A DNA stretch of 32,000 bases from Paramicrosporidium saccamoebae KSL3 (taxonomy: Eukaryota > Fungi > Cryptomycota): NCBI GenBank assembly GCA_002794465.1, contig MTSL01000041.1, forward strand, positions 47,113 through 79,112. The letters run 5' to 3'. A program made the translations under genes and the position numbers. This document shows, one piece after another, positions 30,018-32,000 of the stretch (positions within the stretch are counted from its first letter, which is position 1; every line of letters begins with the position of its first letter). The notes under the pieces were generated by a model. That model worked only from the letters and a program-made list of their open reading frames with translations, did no database searches and had not been told where the DNA came from.

Positions 30018-30127
30018 TTGACTCGTAACCCAGTATCAAGGACTATTGACCCGCAACTCACTATCAGGGACTCTTGATCCGCAACTCATCATCAGAGATA
30101 CTTGGCTCGCAGCCTTATCAATGATTT
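30018..30127. repeat. 28-bp degenerate minisatellite, about 4 copies
   Basis: TTGACTCGTAACCCAGTATCAAGGACTA, TTGACCCGCAACTCACTATCAGGGACTC, TTGATCCGCAACTCATCATCAGAGATAC, TTGGCTCGCAGCCTTATCAATGATT. Confidence 0.8.
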
Positions 30128-30179
30128 TTGCTCACTAGTACCGCTTGATTGGATACATTGTGTAATATGGTCTAATTTA

Positions 30180-30458
30180 TTAACAGACTAGGTACTTGCG
30201 TCCCTTCATGATACGTCGGTGGAGAACTTTTCGGCCTCCACGGGTGCGGAGTCGGGCAAGATATCCAAATTTTCGACGCCGTCGGAGCGAGCTAGGCTGG
30301 TATTCTTGGCCATACGTTGTCCAGCGAAGCGGCATCATGTTGATACGATGCACAACTGGTAAACGTGCAGTCGGTATAATGCTGAATGTGCGAACAAGAG
30401 ATGAAAGCGGCAGGACCTTGTCAGAGAGAGACTTTAATCGGCTGAGAAACGCAAACAT
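30180..30458 (-). CDS. MRPL34: Mitochondrial ribosomal protein bL34m with N-terminal targeting peptide
   Basis: RWTTYGQEYQPSSLRRRRKFGYLARLRTRGGRKVLHRRIMKGRKYL is the L34 signature; the N-terminus is amphipathic and rich in Arg/Ser/Leu. Confidence 0.93.
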   Translation of the reverse strand: MFAFLSRLKSLSDKVLPLSSLVRTFSIIPTARLPVVHRINMMPLRWTTYGQEYQPSSLRRRRKFGYLARLRTRGGRKVLHRRIMKGRKYLVC

Positions 30459-30640
30459 TAACGATAAATGTGAGAAATGCGAGGTTTGTATTAAGAATCA
30501 AAGGGTTCTGATCTGATCCGTATATATATTCGTGAGGTTTTATGGACCCAGTTTCGCGTTGTTTAGTGAAGTAATTATCACTAGTGCGATTGGTACGGGG
30601 ACAGGGGCATATTCAGCCTTTCCAGTATCAATTGGGTCTG

Positions 30641-31783
30641 CTAATCTATGTGAAAATGACCCCCTTCATCGGTGGGATTGAGCAGATGGTAGGTATAAAT
30701 AGCCAGACATCCAAACAAGTTTACCCAGCGCCATAATACGGGATCCATATAAATGGGAAGGGCAGATTGTCGTGTATAATTGAGCCAGGCAAACGTATAA
30801 ATAGCGACCAGTATGGCCCTCCCAAAACACGGCCACAGATAGGCTGTCAGCCAAGTGGTAATGTCAGGCTGCTCTTCGCCATCTAATCCCACCGAACGCC
30901 GATACATACGCACGGCAACTAGAAAGATTCCCATTTGAAGGAGCAATGTCATGACAATTTCAACACTAAACATGGAAAATAGTGCCTCTACGACCGCCAA
31001 TGGCTCCATTGGCAGGGCCTTCCATCCCGCATGAGAGATGAACCTGAGGAGAGAGTTGGAAGTGGCATGGAGAGCGAGACGGGGAACTGAGCGGGCAATG
31101 AGCCAGATATTGTACATGGCGTAGAGGGTCACTAGGGAAGAATCGGTAATGGTGCCGTGCGGGACAAGAATTGTGCCAAATGTCAGGACACCCACCAAGG
31201 TCAACACAATGGCTAGCAAAGTAGCACTGGTGACATTGCTCACTTGCCCTGTGTAGTAGAGATTGCCCACCACTCCCAAAGACGTGCCGTATATTAAGAT
31301 GCAACCGACAAGTACAAGGCCCTTGGTAAAGTTGGATTGGTCTGCAATGGACTCGGAAAAGAGCTGTCCAGAGCTTAGAATAACCGTCATGGCGGCAAAT
31401 CCCTCCAGTAGGATTATCAGCGGACATGCGACACTGAGTATTGTTTCATATGGTACAGTCACCCAAGTGGGCATGTATTTCAACCCAGCATAGGAGACGG
31501 ACAGGACAAGGGGCAACTCTGAAAATACAAAGATGGCTGCCACTCGATCGAGGATCGGAAAGGATACTGCATGTCTCCTTTTCTTGTCAGACTGGCTCGG
31601 CCCAAATGTGACCCCCGCCTCAACCAGCAGCTGGAATAGGCCGCGTGCCAAATAAAACAGCAGCACTGACAATGACAACTTTAGACCCTCAGTCTTGCCA
31701 AACTTGGAAAAGACGGGCGGAAAGGCCACGACAAATGCAGTGACGGCAAGGAACCTCCCGCCGGACCAGAATCCCGCCGCCAT
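30641..31783 (-). CDS. ICE2: ICE2-family ER membrane protein
   Basis: Multi-pass membrane protein; GLKLSLSVLLFYL and PLIILLEGFAAMTVILSSGQ resemble Ice2 motifs. Likely ATG is 31783 (MAAGFW). Confidence 0.65.
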   Translation of the reverse strand: MAAGFWSGGRFLAVTAFVVAFPPVFSKFGKTEGLKLSLSVLLFYLARGLFQLLVEAGVTFGPSQSDKKRRHAVSFPILDRVAAIFVFSELPLVLSVSYAGLKYMPTWVTVPYETILSVACPLIILLEGFAAMTVILSSGQLFSESIADQSNFTKGLVLVGCILIYGTSLGVVGNLYYTGQVSNVTSATLLAIVLTLVGVLTFGTILVPHGTITDSSLVTLYAMYNIWLIARSVPRLALHATSNSLLRFISHAGWKALPMEPLAVVEALFSMFSVEIVMTLLLQMGIFLVAVRMYRRSVGLDGEEQPDITTWLTAYLWPCFGRAILVAIYTFAWLNYTRQSALPIYMDPVLWRWVNLFGCLAIYTYHLLNPTDEGGHFHID

Positions 31784-31848
31784 ACAGTCGTCCCCGATTG
31801 GCTGTTCTTTAGTCCGTCTGATTGGATGCCGCCTACAACTTGATTGCA
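31784..31848. promoter_or_regulatory. 65-bp bidirectional promoter with CCAAT-type boxes
   Basis: Lies between divergent ATGs (31783 minus, 31849 plus); GATTGG at 31796 and 31820, GATTG at 31842. Confidence 0.45.
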
Positions 31849-32000
31849 ATGAGGCAGTTGTACGCTAATCTGGAGAATCGTTTCTTGATATCTCCCAAGC
31901 TCATTTACTTTGCGGTGAGTACGGCCTACTATGCCCTGTACCTGTTCCGCGCAAAATTCATCAAAGACTATCTGAGACTGGATGATACAACATATGGGGA
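31849..32000 (+). CDS. 5' part of a second MFSD6/NupG-like MFS transporter, paralogue of 18111-19508; truncated by the window edge
   Basis: MRQLYANLENRFLISPKLIYFAVSTAYYALYLFRAKFIKDYLRLDDTTYG aligns without gaps to LAKLEDRFLISPKLIYFVVCASFYALHVFRAKFIKQYLGFDDDEYG. Confidence 0.9.
   Translation, partial: MRQLYANLENRFLISPKLIYFAVSTAYYALYLFRAKFIKDYLRLDDTTYG

Overview
Gene-dense eukaryotic window with short AT-rich intergenic spacers and very short (28-37 nt) GT-AG introns. The gene set (fungal-type Ste12, Cdc24, Ice2, plus a mitoribosomal protein and a RalGAP-alpha orthologue) points to an early-diverging fungal lineage. A Rozellomycota/Paramicrosporidium-like endoparasite is my inference, not something the sequence proves. 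About 18 protein-coding genes are supported: RalGAP-alpha (runs off the left edge, absent from the ORF track), a spliced telobox-Myb protein, two Cys-rich single-pass membrane proteins, an SLC35E3/TPT-family transporter, a homeodomain factor, DBP7, CDC24, a Med16-like protein, an MFSD6/NupG-like MFS transporter with the start of a paralogue at the right edge, an ORC6-like protein, WDR70, DHX35, STE12, EXO70, PPIL4, mitochondrial L34 and ICE2. I found no rRNA, tRNA, CRISPR array or transposon. Two observations stand out. (1) A telomere-repeat-binding-type Myb (telobox) protein ends in a basic NLS-like patch plus a canonical CaaX box (CLLM-stop), a candidate prenylated telomere-to-nuclear-membrane tether. 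(2) A TPT transporter, a transcription factor and a DEAD-box helicase form a triad resembling the Mucorales sex locus, but with a homeodomain instead of an HMG box, and CDC24 and STE12 lie nearby. Many intergenic spacers carry their own degenerate minisatellite. All family assignments come from motif recognition by eye, with no database searches.
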